From NCBI RefSeq assembly GCF_009914755.1, contig NC_060938.1: DNA of 64,000 bases. One strand, given 5' to 3'. The DNA is from the human T2T-CHM13v2.0 reference genome, Homo sapiens. This document shows positions 1 to 14,650 of this stretch, one piece after another (positions within the stretch are counted from its first letter, which is position 1; each line of letters starts with the position of its first letter). The notes below the pieces were generated by a model. The model saw only the letters and a program-made list of their open reading frames with translations. It was not told where the DNA came from and searched no databases. The position numbers and the translations under genes are program-made.

Positions 1-433
1 CCAGTCTGTGCTCAGAAGTACAACCTGATTGGCTGTGAGACTAAAGCCAACTGATAGCTTTAAGCAGCCCCTCGGGTGTGGGCTGCAGATGGTTCCCTAG
101 GAAGCTGGGTTGAGTCCTGCTGTGATGAGCTGGGACTGCCAGGTAGGACCTGAAGCGGCTGCCAAGGGGCTGCCACCCCACCCTGAAGACAAAATCATAC
201 AGTCTAAAAACCTGACTGCTTTGGATCAAAATCATACCCTGTAATATGTTCTAGTTTTTAAATAACTTGGGTTTTCCTTAATTACTTAATCTCTGCTGAG
301 AACCCAGCTGCATCCATCTCTTCTAGGTCCGGAATTATCCACAGCATCTCATGAGCAGAAACAGCCATGTCAACATAAAGTTAGCAGACTCGTCGTGTAG
401 AGAGTTGTGCACTGGCAGGTTAGGGGGGAAGGT

Positions 434-570
434 GTTCATTCATTCAGCAGATATGCACTGAGTGCTTGCAAGGCATAGGGCTCGCCTTCAAGCCTTGAGG
501 ACGCAGCAGTGAGCAAAACAGAAAAGAGTCCCTGCCCTCATGAAACTGACATTCTTTGGGAAGCTTATAA
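434..570 (-). mobile_element. L2 3' end fragment
   Basis: ttcattcattcagcagatatgcactgagtgc...gtccctgccctcatg, reverse complement of the L2 3' terminus. Confidence 0.7.
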
Positions 571-2299
571 GCCTGAAGCTCATGAACAGATTGTTCATCT
601 TATAGTCTCAGCTGGTGACCCTCCATGGCAGCTGCTCCCTGTGGCAATTCCTGGATTTTCCTTTCAGACAGGCTCAGAGCCGTCATCTGCTTGAAGAGTC
701 TGGGGGGCTTGTCTGAAGCTGCATTTGCATATCAAGTGCTCCGTTATATTTTTTGTAGGATGCAGTGAGATTACTGGGGGGAGGCGTAGCTCGAGTCCTT
801 GGTCCTTGGTACTGTCTCTGGTTAGTGGTGGGTTCTGGGTCACTATTATAGGGGTTGGGAGGTTTAAAGCAAGAGGCAGAATGGCAAGAGTAGCAGCCCC
901 AGTAGGCTGCATTTGCTCCCGTTGCCACTTGCACGATCTTTCTCATCCCGCTGGCAAGACTAGTCTGTTCACTGGCAGCCCCTGCATCAGGCTGTGAGGA
1001 CGCCCTGTCTACCTCCCGTCTCCATCCCTGTATTAACCCATGTGCTATCAAGAGCGACTGACTCTTTCTTTACAAGGTTCTTTTTCCTTCCTTCCCCGTA
1101 AGCTAATAGTTTGGCTCAGGCTCGCCAGCAGACCCTCCCCTTTTTTGCTGGAGGGCTTTGGCATGCCCTGTCTTTTCTTTGGGGCCACCCAGGGAGTTCC
1201 TGTTTCCTTTCTGTGGGAGGCTTCCAATTCTTAGTTATAGCAAAAGAGCCTGTATTTTTTAGCTCACTCCTGCCCACTTCTGGTCTTGAATGACTTATGG
1301 CTTAGGTGTTACAAATGGGAGTCCTGGAACTCTTCCCAGAATCTCTTAATTCCATTCTTGTGGTATATGACGTTCTAAACATTAAAATGATGTAATATAT
1401 AACTCCCAACCAAAACAAAAGAGGAGATCCCTGCTAGCCAAATTCTTCCCTCCTCTCCATACACGTTTTTCCGTCGCTGTGCAGTGAATCCTGGGATGTG
1501 TTTGTCAGTCAGCTTCCTTGTTCTTCTGGCTCCTCACTCCCCAGGGACCACCGAGCCACAGACTCCACGGTTTTCTCTGAGGGCATGCGAAGTGGAAACT
1601 AACCTATCCCTGCAGCCAGCCCAGACCTTCTACAATCATATCTACCAGTGGTGAAAGGCAGTTCAAGATGAGTTGGACACAATCAAGAAAAATAGGGAAC
1701 AAATATGTCATAGCTCCTCTCTGTCTGCTGTCTATAGAAGGAGGCTAATAGCAGCAGATCTGGTGAGGGCCAGTGGCCCATGGACCTGCCTGCCCCAAGG
1801 CAGCAATCATGGGAGTGGGGTCAAGGAAACACTAAGGAGGTACACCTGATAGGACTTTTAAAGAGGAGTGGCCAGGGTTCTGGCCGGTTTGAAGCCTGGA
1901 GAGAATGGAATGGCATGAGTTCAGTTTTGGGGACATTCAGTGGTAAGACTGGTTTCTGTTTTCTCTTCTGGAAGCTCATAGATACAGGATCTGCTCATTC
2001 ACTTGATTTGTGCCTCTTATTTGGGCTTCAGGACACATCTCTGGCCAATCGCAATTAAAACACCATGCCCAGTTAGCCATCATCGCCACTCAGAGCTGTC
2101 TGCTTTACCGGGCTAAAAAAAATGATCTTTATCACCAGTTGTAAGTGACTTAAAAAAAAAAAGTACCCTTCCACATTGCTCAGAACTTTGCCGTCACCTT
2201 CTTGACCCTCACCAACAGGTCAGGTTGTTTTAATAATCTAGTGGCTGGTAAGCTTTCATCCTTTACAATTAAAAAAAAAATCACTGATTTGCATAATGC

Positions 2300-2452
2300 A
2301 GTGCCATTTGCCTACTTTGTTGGGGGTGGGGGCTGTCCTGTTCATTGTGGATGTTTAGCAGCATCCCAAAATACCAGCAGCACCTCTCCAGTTATAACAA
2401 CCAAACATATCGCCAGACATTGGTTCCCAGGGGGGAAGAATCTCCCCTGGCT
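2300..2452. mobile_element. MER20-like hAT-Charlie DNA transposon relic
   Basis: ttgttgggggtgggggctgtcctgttcattgtggatgtttagcagcatccc...acaaccaaa...ccagacattg resembles MER20. Confidence 0.75.
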
Positions 2453-3196
2453 CCCTTACATGACTGTCAGGTGATTGTCTTTGGTATGAAAAGTCAAATG
2501 GGTTAGACGATCACTTTTCTTTTTATAGAAGCCAAAGCCAAATGTGTCAGACCTTCTTTATGAAAATATAAGCGTTATTTTTTTTCTGAGTTTGTAGAAA
2601 GGCAAAGTTCCTGTTGGGGGCTCATTACAGCTGTTGGTGCCTGCACTGACAGTGGCATTGTTAGGGATGGAGCCCCTGAGCTCGGGGGAGACAGCGGAAG
2701 CGTGCAGCGTCTGTTTAATGTGAGTGAGGGCTGGCATGCTGCTGGCAGCTCTCAACAGTGAAGCCTGCTGCTCGATAAGGCATTATTATCAGAGCCTGGG
2801 GGCATCCAGGGAGCAAAAGATTAGCTGACTGAGCATATATCTAAAATGGGTTATTTTTAAAAAGCAAGCAGTACAAATACTGCAGCTTGTCTTGTTTTAG
2901 CATTTAATAATTACACTTTCACTTTACCAGCAAGGCATTGAGTCAGTGGCATTTTATGAAAAGCATCCTCCCAAACCTGAACTTTGTGAGTCAGATTCCC
3001 ATCCTGTGTGTGGTACATGTGGTTGGATTGTACAAACAGATAATCAGAGTTTTGCAAAATGTTTCCCAACCAGCATGGGAAAACGTGCTGATAGCAATAT
3101 GATTGGGCTTTGAGGGAGAGCCACTTGCTGGCTTTTTTTCTTTTGTTTCCCATACATGGAAATGCCATTTCAACTTGAAATGTGGATACCTTACCA

Positions 3197-3337
3197 GAGG
3201 ATTGCTTGAGCCCGGGAGGTTGAGGCTGCATTAGCGAACTGGGACTGCACCACTGCATTCCAGCCTGGATGACAAAGTGAGACTCCTGTCTTAATTTTTT
3301 AAAAACCCACACACAAAAAAAACAACAAAACAAAAAG
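3197..3337 (+). mobile_element. Alu (J/FRAM-like) right-arm fragment with A-rich tail
   Basis: gaggattgcttgagcccgggaggttgaggctgca...ccagcctggatgacaaagtgagac. Confidence 0.85.
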
Positions 3338-3469
3338 TAGAACCTTAAATGCTATCTTAAGGCTGAATAGTCTCTAAATATTGAAAGTAGACCCTAGCCA
3401 AAAGAGACATTACCTGTTTCTGTAATATAATGAATGGTATTAGTGTACTTACCTTGCATTTTAAATTCA

Positions 3470-4790
<1,321 letters not shown>

Positions 4791-5074
4791 TGGCATGAGG
4801 TTCTTGGTGTCACCATCTTAGTATCTGCTCATTTTTGGGGTTTTAAGAACCTGTCTGAACTCCACTTAGCCAACTGAAGCTTGCCTTCAAAGTTAACACA
4901 ATGTGCTTTCTCCCATATAAACCTTTTAAGCTGTTTCTGATGACTGTTCCTCTTCCTGTTAGAGCTCCACCTCTTTTAATTTAGCCTCCATACCTTTAGA
5001 GTAAGGTCTGCAACTTTCTTCCTTAATTGACAGTGGAGATCAATATGTAACCCAGATTGCAAAAATGGTTTGGG

Positions 5075-5315
5075 AACACTGCATGTTCTCACTCATAGGT
5101 GGGAGTTGAACACATGGACACAGGGTGGGAAACATCACACACTGGGGCCTGGCAGGGGATGGGGGGCTGGGGGAGGGATAGCATTAGGAGAAATACCTAA
5201 TGTAAATGACGAGTTGATGGGTACAGCAAACCAACATGGCACATATATACCTATGTAACAAACCTGCACGTTGTGCACATGTACCCTAGAACTTAAAGTA
5301 TAATTTAAAAAAAAA
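5075..5315 (+). mobile_element. 5'-truncated primate L1 (L1PA6/7-like) 3' UTR
   Basis: gggatagcattaggagaaatacctaatgtaaatgacgagttgatggg...cttaaagtataa; TSD AAT(G/A)GTTTGGGAA at 5064-5076 and 5321-5333. Confidence 0.92.
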
Positions 5316-6017
5316 TTTTTAATAGTTTGGGAAGAAATTGTGGGCATGTCATTTGCTTGAACAGATTTTGTTCCCCAGCCAGAGGACCAGAGAAGAGTTT
5401 GTCATGGCTACAGTGGAGGAATCAAACTCAGAATAGCATGTGAAAGGCACATTCCACACAGAAACTTCGGCCCGTGCATCAGCACTGCAGACAGGGGGAG
5501 AGGAAATGAATTCTCAGCCAGTAGATTCCCAGGCATCACCTTGAGGCAGATATGGCATATTCTTGGCCATAGTCTCTACTTCTCTAACTGGGCAAAGTGT
5601 CTAATCAACTATAACCCAAAATATCTTCCCACATGGCATAAGTGTCGAATTCATACATAGATCAGAGGGAGAAATGAAATTGTGGTTGTCTTAAAAGTTT
5701 ACACAGTTTAGGGATCTCCATCATGAAAAATGATCTAAATAAATGAAATGGTATTTTTACTCTTTATCCTACAAGCCCTATACAAACTAAGTCCATAAAT
5801 ATCCTATTTGATGCTTAAACCAAAAGCTTTATAAAGAGAATTTCACTATGTGAAATAATGACTTGAAGAAATCCTATTGTGGATGCTTTTGTTAAGTTGC
5901 TAAACCTTTTTTAAAAAGTAGATAATCATCCAAGATATCTTCTTTGTGACTCTTAAGTTTTAGTGTATTTCAAATGTGGATAGTTTTTGACTAGGAGGTT
6001 TGTTCAAACGTTCTTCT

Positions 6018-6036
6018 CGACCACTAGGGGGTGCTC
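6018..6036 (+). promoter_or_regulatory. Candidate CTCF site
   Basis: CGACCACTAGGGGGTGCTC, near-consensus CCAC(T/C)AG(G/A)(G/T)GGCGC. Confidence 0.65.
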
Positions 6037-8724
6037 TAAAGGTTAGTGATGTCTAAATGATTGACCAATCAATTAAAACACCGTGCCCAGTTAGCAATCA
6101 TCTCCACTGAGAGATGCCTGCTTTACCAGGCTAAAAAAATGATCTTTATCATGGCATAGAGACTATAAAAGCTGTGTCCTTTTATTTTCATTAACCTAAT
6201 TAGAAGTCAAGCTAATTGTAGGACTTCATAGAACTGGCATCGGGAATAGTATGCAACTGTTAAAAAAATCATGGTCTTGATGACTAATTATATCAGGAAA
6301 TAATATGCAATATAAATGAAAAGAGAAGTGTATGTTTTTTACTTTTTCCTTTCTGTTTTTAAAACATGCTATAAAATGTTAAGTATAATTAGGACACAAA
6401 GGAAAAATTAAATCTAGTTAACATTACCTTGAAAACTTCTTATTTGCCCTGAAATCTCCAGTTCTTTGGAAGCTAAAAGCTTGAGACTTCTATATCTGGT
6501 TGTCAGGATTAGGGTGATTTTATTTGAATTTTCTTTATTTTCTTCTCAATTTTCTATCTATTTACTTTGTAATTACATTTGAACTATGGATATGTAATTA
6601 GTTTTATAAATAGAAAAATCAAAGCTTTATAAAGGAAAATATAGCATCAGCAGACCTGATTGTCCTACTTAACTCTTCCACAAACTGTTTTAACTATGGG
6701 CAAGGTACTTCACTTCTTTGCCCTTTGCTTCTGTAAAATGGTTGGGTGAAACGAATCTTGGCAGTTTGTTCCAGCTCTTCTAAAGTTCCATTTTAAATTT
6801 TACCAGGAGACAAAAATGGTTCCTATTATGTTCACTCTTGAAGCATTTATTAACCCTCACAATTGGCCAGGCACTGTGCTTGGTGCTATTAAAGATATCT
6901 CACTTAGTATCTGGGCTCTGCCTTCAAGGGTTTCCGGTCCCCCATGGAAAAGAAGACCAAGTGCACAGATCCATCCCAGCCCTACACAATGATACTGGAA
7001 AGCTGTATGTGGACCAGAAATGCCAAAGGAGGTTCCATCAGGAAGAGGGGACTTGTGCTCTGACTCTGCTGTACCCCTGATCATATGTTACCACTTATTT
7101 ATGCTTTAAAGAACATCCTGGCCTGGATGTTTCACAGTGTGTTAAACTGCAAGGTAGATTTCCTCTTTGTTTCCCTGGTCTACTGTATATATGCCAGTAA
7201 GCCTTGTCAGGTTTCATTATGAGAGATGGCTATAATGCATCCAGATTACTAGGAAAACACTTGGTCTTTGAAAAGAGCTGTGTGTCCCTCTAGGTTTGAA
7301 ATGCAAAGTCCTAAGGCTTTGTTATATTCAGGACATATTTCACCTTCCCAAAGACTAGTCTCAGCTCAGACAGGATGTATCTTGCCTGTGGGCTTGACAC
7401 AGGGGTTGCTGGGTGATTGAATTAACCTCTGACATCTTCTGGGCTGTGCAAAATGATAAGTTCAAAAAAAAAATGCAGCCATTAGACTCCTTCTCATTGT
7501 TTCTTCCTTGAAGCCTTTGTAATCTTTCTTAATGTGGTTAAATTCAAGTTATTTCCAGTTCAGACATGGTGCAATCAGATTTCCTCATGCGGGTGCTTTT
7601 CCACTGTGACCTCTTTGACGTCAGTAACTGTTTCCTGTTTATTTGAACTCCCTGCTCACCCTGTAGATGACTTTGTCTGAGAAAAATAATAAAGCAACGG
7701 TACTTAGGAGAAGTTCAACACTGCTATCTGTTACGGAGATTTCCTTCTCCTTTCCCCCAGCCGTCAATAGCACTCTGCAGCTTTTCATACAGCATGAGCT
7801 TGTTATTCATGTAGAAATACTCCAAGGCAGTTCTTAGAACTTGGGTAAGTAAGAATAGATGTGGCTCCCAGCTTAACATTGCCTTAAAGCAATAGCTACA
7901 TTTTTCATAACTTTTACGTGTTATGTCTATCTTTGAATTATTTCCAAAAGGTAATCTGCATCCTCACTATAATTCTGAGTATGGTGGCTATTTCCTACTG
8001 CCTTGGTTTCTGGAATGATACATCTTCAAATGCAGTCTTTAAATCATAGAGACAACAGATTTTTTCTTTAAATGGAGACAAATCTTTGCAATCTGGTTCT
8101 GAGATTGAATCAACTTTATAGAAAGGAAGAATAACTGCTATAAAAAGTCTCGCTTACAGTAATATGTTTTTAGTACATAAGGAGGGCATTTGTTTTGCAA
8201 TAATAATTATTATAAAGCCCCTAAAATAGAAAATATGAATTACCAGTCAGTGTTAGAAAACTTATCAGAACTGAAACCTTTGTTAGTATGTTTTGGTTAT
8301 CAAATCTAGTTTTGTAACCCCTTGCTTAGCAAGCATTTCCCAGAAAGAAAAGTCCTTACCCGGTCAAGGCCATTACCATATAGCATCGGGAAACATCCCT
8401 GTGTCCCAGCAGCTGGGCTAGGACTCCTTCCACCTCCTTCGACCCTCCATACCCTTGTCCCACACTGAGGGTTGGGGGAGCTGCTGCAGTTGCTGTTTCG
8501 GCTGCTGTTTCATTCCTGTCCACTTGTGAGTGTGTGTGTACCTCCGCCAGTCTTGGAGGTCTGTGAAGGAGGCCTCGAGACCCAGTGCATGCAGCTCACT
8601 GCCACGTGTGCCACAGCCACAGCCAAGGGGCCTTCCTATGCCTCATGCATCAGGCCCTTTGGAGCCCTGGGAGCAGACGGCCATGGCGGCTGAAGCTGCA
8701 GTGGATGCACTCATGATGATGAGG

Positions 8725-8940
8725 ATAATAATAGTTGCTAACATTTCTTGAGCATTTCACTTGTGGTATGCCAGACACTATTCAAAGCCCTTAGCTTAAA
8801 TCATTTAATCCTCACAAACCTGTGAGTTGGGTTGTCTTATTATCCCCATTTTGCAGATGTGAGTTTTGTGAGAGAGAAGCTAAATACAGCACAGCAGGAG
8901 TTGCTCTTGGACCTCAAGCATCCTGGCCCAGAGCCCAGGT
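8725..8940 (-). mobile_element. MIR
   Basis: catttaatcctcac...attatccccattttgcagatg core in reverse orientation. Confidence 0.8.
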
Positions 8941-9187
8941 GTCGCCACTGCCCTGGGCTTCCTCTTAGTCATACCAGGGACTTGGGCACTGGGCACAAAA
9001 TCTCCTCTTTATATAATGTAGTGGTACCAATAGCTTCTATTGATTGAGATTCTTTTCTGGGCTTGGCACTGTATGAGGCACTTGGCTTCTGGTTTAATCT
9101 TTACATGATCACTGTAGTTATAGATGTTATTATCCCAGATTTATAAATAAATAAGGAAACTTCTTACCCCTTAAAAATGGGTGTGTG

Positions 9188-9476
9188 TGCCATGCATGGT
9201 TGCTCACGCCTGTAATCCCAGCACTTTGGGAGGCCGAGGTAGGATTGCTTGAGCCTAGGAGTTCAAGACCAGCCTGTGCAACACAAAGATACCCAGTCTA
9301 TACAAAAAATTAGCCAGATGTGGTGGCACAAACCTGTGGTCCCAGCCGCACAGGAGGCTGAGGTTGGAAGGATCACTTAAGCCCAGAAGTTCAGCGCTGC
9401 AGTGAGCCATGATCCTGCCACTGCCCTCCAGCCTGGGTGACAGAGCAAGACCCTGTCTCAAAAAGAAAAACAAAAA
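9188..9476 (+). mobile_element. AluJ
   Basis: gaggattgcttgagcc J-type left arm, full dimer and tail. Confidence 0.92.
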
Positions 9477-12420
9477 TTGTGTGTATTTTAGCTGAAATTC
9501 TCCTGGTAGCAGAAAATTTACTTCAGGTAGTAAGAAAACTTTCTTAAGGCTATGCAAAAAAAAGAACTAAAAATAAAGATTCAGAGGTACAACGGATGTC
9601 TCATGCAACCCAAGGGCAGGAATTGGCCAGCTCTCTCGGCTGATCTGAAACCAGAAAGACATGAGGAACCCTGGCAGTTTTGCTCTTGGCTCACTCACCC
9701 TCCCTGATCTCTTGTCTCTGCCTCACTCTATGTTTCTGCTTCATTCTTCTCCTTCACCCACCCACCTGTCCATCCACCCACCCAGTCTTTCTCCACTCTC
9801 TTATACCCAGGCATTTCCCACGTTTACACTGCAAAAGCAGTTTCCGTTTCCTAACTCATGTTTCCTCAGTTCCTGCACACAGCCTAGACTAAATTAAAAG
9901 CTTTTTACCTCAGTTTCAGTTTTCTGGAAAAGAGACTCTGAGCAGGTGCAGCTTGATCTAACTGGCTGTGCACAGATGCTGAGCGTTTACCCATGCGGCC
10001 AGGCTGGAGCATGGGTAAATGCTGAGGAAGGGATCACCATGAGCTGAGCAGATGCCTCCAAAGATGTTTGCCCCAGTGACCTTACAGGATCTTGCCCTGC
10101 CTGGTCCATGCTCGCTCTCCAGTCACTTTCCTTAGTTAGTATCATCTTGTCACTGGTACCATCCTGGCATAGCACTTTCATCCACCCGGATGTTATGTCT
10201 CTTGTTCATACAAATTGCCCATCAGCTTTAACTCCTATCGAACAGCCCTTAATGAGGGGGCCTTAGGGAATGCACCTTACTTATACTGACAGCCATTATT
10301 CGGGGGATATTTTTAGCCCCTTGGGCCTGGGGAAGGAATAGTTCTGAACTGATAGCCAGGGCAGAGAGTGGACCCAGACTGCAGCAGGTCAGTGGCATCA
10401 GAGCAAGTGACGACAGGAATTCTATTATCACCAGGCAGCAGCTCCTCTGCCTCCCACACCTGTAACTCACACCAGGTGTGGGACAAAGGGATTTCTGAGT
10501 TGCTTTCACTCCCACCGGTGTTCATCACCCCATGTTAATGACTTGTACTTGTGGTTGGCTGAATCAGGGACAAAAGAGAGGAGCAGGGACAAAGGGCTTA
10601 GCCACTTGGCTTTAGAAGTGATGTTAAACCGGTCTCCTGGCCTTGAGATTTCCTACCACACAGGTCAGGGCAGACTTCACCTGACAGAAGCCAAAAGCCT
10701 CAGGTAAAGCTGTACAGATGTGCAGGCTCAGTTTCTAGGAAAATGGACTTTAGAAAAACCAAAATGGTTCTATGCACAGGTTTAAATACAGAAACAGTCA
10801 TCTTTGCCATCTCTGTCTAGAGTGGGATTTGGGAAACCCCTCTCTGCCATAGGAGTGACTCACTACAACCATAATCCATCTTCCAGTACTTCCCTAAATG
10901 CAGGATTTCCAAAAAATGCTTCACCTAGTTGCTTCACAATTGAATTTGTGAAGCATGATTTGGTGTTTGTTGAGTCATCAGTGATACTAATTCTTAAATA
11001 GCACAGACTGAGAGTAGAGCTGTAGGTGAGAGGTTATCTTTTGCCTCCTTTTAGAGCTTCAAATACAGGTCTTTGCTTTGTAAAGGGCATTCACTAAATA
11101 TGAGAAGTTTTACTCCTTTGGAATTAATTTTGCTGGAGTGATTTGCTTTTGTAGCTGATGTTGTTTTATTCTATGTGGCAAGTTCCAACATTACTGGAGT
11201 CTTTTTCAAGCCAAGCACCATAGCTGCACCTGTTTTACCCCAGGCACTGGGCTTATAATTCTAGTAGAGACTGGTAGTGAGTGATCATGTTTATTAATGG
11301 CAGCAGAGACCCTGCACTTCTCATTTGTGGGTGACCTGTGAAAGCACCCCTAAGTAGCTTTTTGCTTTTTCTGCATTTCATTTTGAAAACAGCAGTACAG
11401 TTACAGCGAAGCCTCACACTCACCCACTCCAGCGCTTGACAACCTGCCTGCCTTCGCAGTCCCTCCCGTCTGCCTGACATCTTACACTTCAACTGCACAG
11501 TCTTCCTGACACCTCCCACCTCAGTCCCCACTCCAGCCTGACTTGCATACCCTCATCCTTCTAGGCTGGGGAATTGACTCCTCTCAGAAGCTTCCCCCCA
11601 AACCCCACCTGCCAAATTCCACCTCCACCTCCAGGCTGCTCAGATGCCCTGCTCGGTGTCCCCATAACACCTTCTGTACCTCTCCACTGCACTTAACACA
11701 CTGTGGCGATGTGCTGTGTCTGCATGTCCATGAGCTTACTGAGAGCAGTGTGGAGTCATATTAGTTTTAGGAGACTGGGTCCTTACCCAGGCCCTGGCGT
11801 ACCACGTGTGTGTTTAGTAAACATTTGTCTTTGTTCAGAACCTTAAAGGAACCAAGAAGATCTCTGCAAGCTGTAGTAGATGTCGTAAAGCCTGCGCACC
11901 AGGCTCCAAGTGGAGCTGCTGGGACCTGAACCAGAGCCAGCCGATTTTCACTGTGGATGCCATTCCAACAAGCCTGGTTACCTCAGGCAGCAGAAAGGCC
12001 ATTATGGGACATGGGTGGTTACTCGTGTCCCTTAATAATGGGCAACAAGGATGCAACAATTTCTTTTTGTAGCTGCTTTCTGACTCCCATTGCCTAAACA
12101 AGGGCTCTCTCAAACAGCCTCACAACTGTGTCTTTCCCATGTCTTATCTTCCATCTTTCAGATGAAAATAAGAAAAACATGGAGGAAGCACATGTGACTT
12201 TAGTTTGCTTCTAATTGCAAGAGTAATACACACTCATCATAGAAACTTTGAAAGATACTGAAAAGTAGAAAAAAGAAATGTCACCCCGATCCCACAACAA
12301 AAAACTGACTTCTGTCACTCTATAGCCATCTTTTTTATCCTTTCTATGCATCTGTCTGCATTTTTGGCTATAACTAAAATCATCCTGCACATTCACGTTT
12401 GTGATCTTTTTTTAAATTGA

Positions 12421-13112
<692 letters not shown>

Positions 13113-14364
13113 TGAGGTCTTTGATAGGATGGACCAGTACTCTGCATTAAGTCGTCGTCGTGTCTCAGCTGGCCTGTGTCTCCTGCCTGCTTCAAGAGTT
13201 GCTCATAACCTGAGGGCTGTGAATTACACTCTGTGTTCCAGGTGGTGCCAGACAGGAGGTTAGAAATGAGACTCTGAATGAAAAGAAACAGGTACAGCAG
13301 AACCCATCTTTCTGGAATTCTAAAGCTTATGGTCCCTCACTGTGTAGCAGAGGTGAATCTGCCAGAGTCTGGCATTATCTGAGAATCTGCCTCCAGGGCT
13401 GTAGATGGGGCTGGGCTAAAGCAAGACTAGAGGGCAGGATTTTCTCCCCCCAGATCTGGAATTTAGCCCACAGTCTGGCTTTTAGATTTTAGGCTTTCGA
13501 TGCCTACTGCCTTAAAACTCTTGCCAAGTGCGCCACTTATAGCAGCCTAAGGAATGGCCACTTCCCCACTGACCCAGTTCCAGTAGCCAGGTGTTCAGAG
13601 CAATTGGAATTCATGTGACTGCCAGTCAGATCCACGAGGAAGATGAACAGGCTGGTTAACGAAAACATGTAAGACTGACCTCCTTGCCCAGAGATGATTC
13701 AGGGTGGCTTTTTGTCTTAGTCTTCCTCAGGCCATCAGTGGCCATCCCTCCAAATGGACAGATACAGCATTGGCATAAAACCTTACTATGCAGATGCAGC
13801 TTTTTGGGATGTTCCCGGTGTGTGTATATCCTCCGCCCAACCTGTTGCTAACCTGCTAATTCTACCTTAATCCTTCCCATTTAGAAAATACAGGACAGCC
13901 ATTGCTCATCAAAGCTTGTCCCACCCAATTCTGCCTCTCCCCTTGTCAGTCACCCTCAAATGAAGGCCAGGAGCTTAGGCAGATGGCTTGCTGTATTTAC
14001 ATAGTTTGCCTGTTGGCTTACATTGGCCAACCCGAAGAGTTGTTTTGGTGGTGGTGGTTTTTGTTTTGTGAATCTTGCCATTCCTTCTTCACTATTAAAT
14101 TCTTGCTTCGCTTTTAGCAGAAAGAAGTGTTTAATAAATTCAGGGGATTTTTTTTTCTTCTAATTAAGGCGTTAGTTAAAATAGGGCATAGGAGGTCATA
14201 AGCCGTGCTTCCTTCTGATAGGGGTCTGCGTGGTTACACCAGGCTTGCAATGGGAGCTGAGCAGGAGCACGCACCCTGCTCTGCCCATTGTTCAGCTGTG
14301 AATGTGTGGAAACACCCTGTGCAAAGCCGGTGGCACTTACAACCACAAATAAAGATAGGTTCAA

Positions 14365-14650
14365 GGCTGGGTGTGGTAGCTCATGCCTGTAATCCCAGCA
14401 CTTTGGGAGGTTGAGGTGGGAGTATTGCTTGAGCTCAGGACTCGAGACCAGCCTGGGCAATATAATGAGACCCCATCTCTACTAAAAATCAAAGCCGGGT
14501 GTGGTGGCGCACGCCTGTAGTCCCAACTACTCCAGAGGCTGAGGTAGGAGGATTGCTTGAGCCCTGGAGGTCAAGGCTGCAGTGAGCCAAGATCGTGCCA
14601 CTGCACTTCAGCTTGGGTGACAGAATGAGACCCTGTCTCACCCAAAAATA
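14365..14650 (+). mobile_element. AluJ
   Basis: Full dimer; TSD GATAGGTTC. Confidence 0.92.

Noticed and set aside
1705-2162. Idea that the duplicated block is a spliced retrocopy (A-run at 2152-2162)
   Set aside because: The copy retains the would-be donor GTAAGA, the two blocks are not joined precisely, and I see no TSD.
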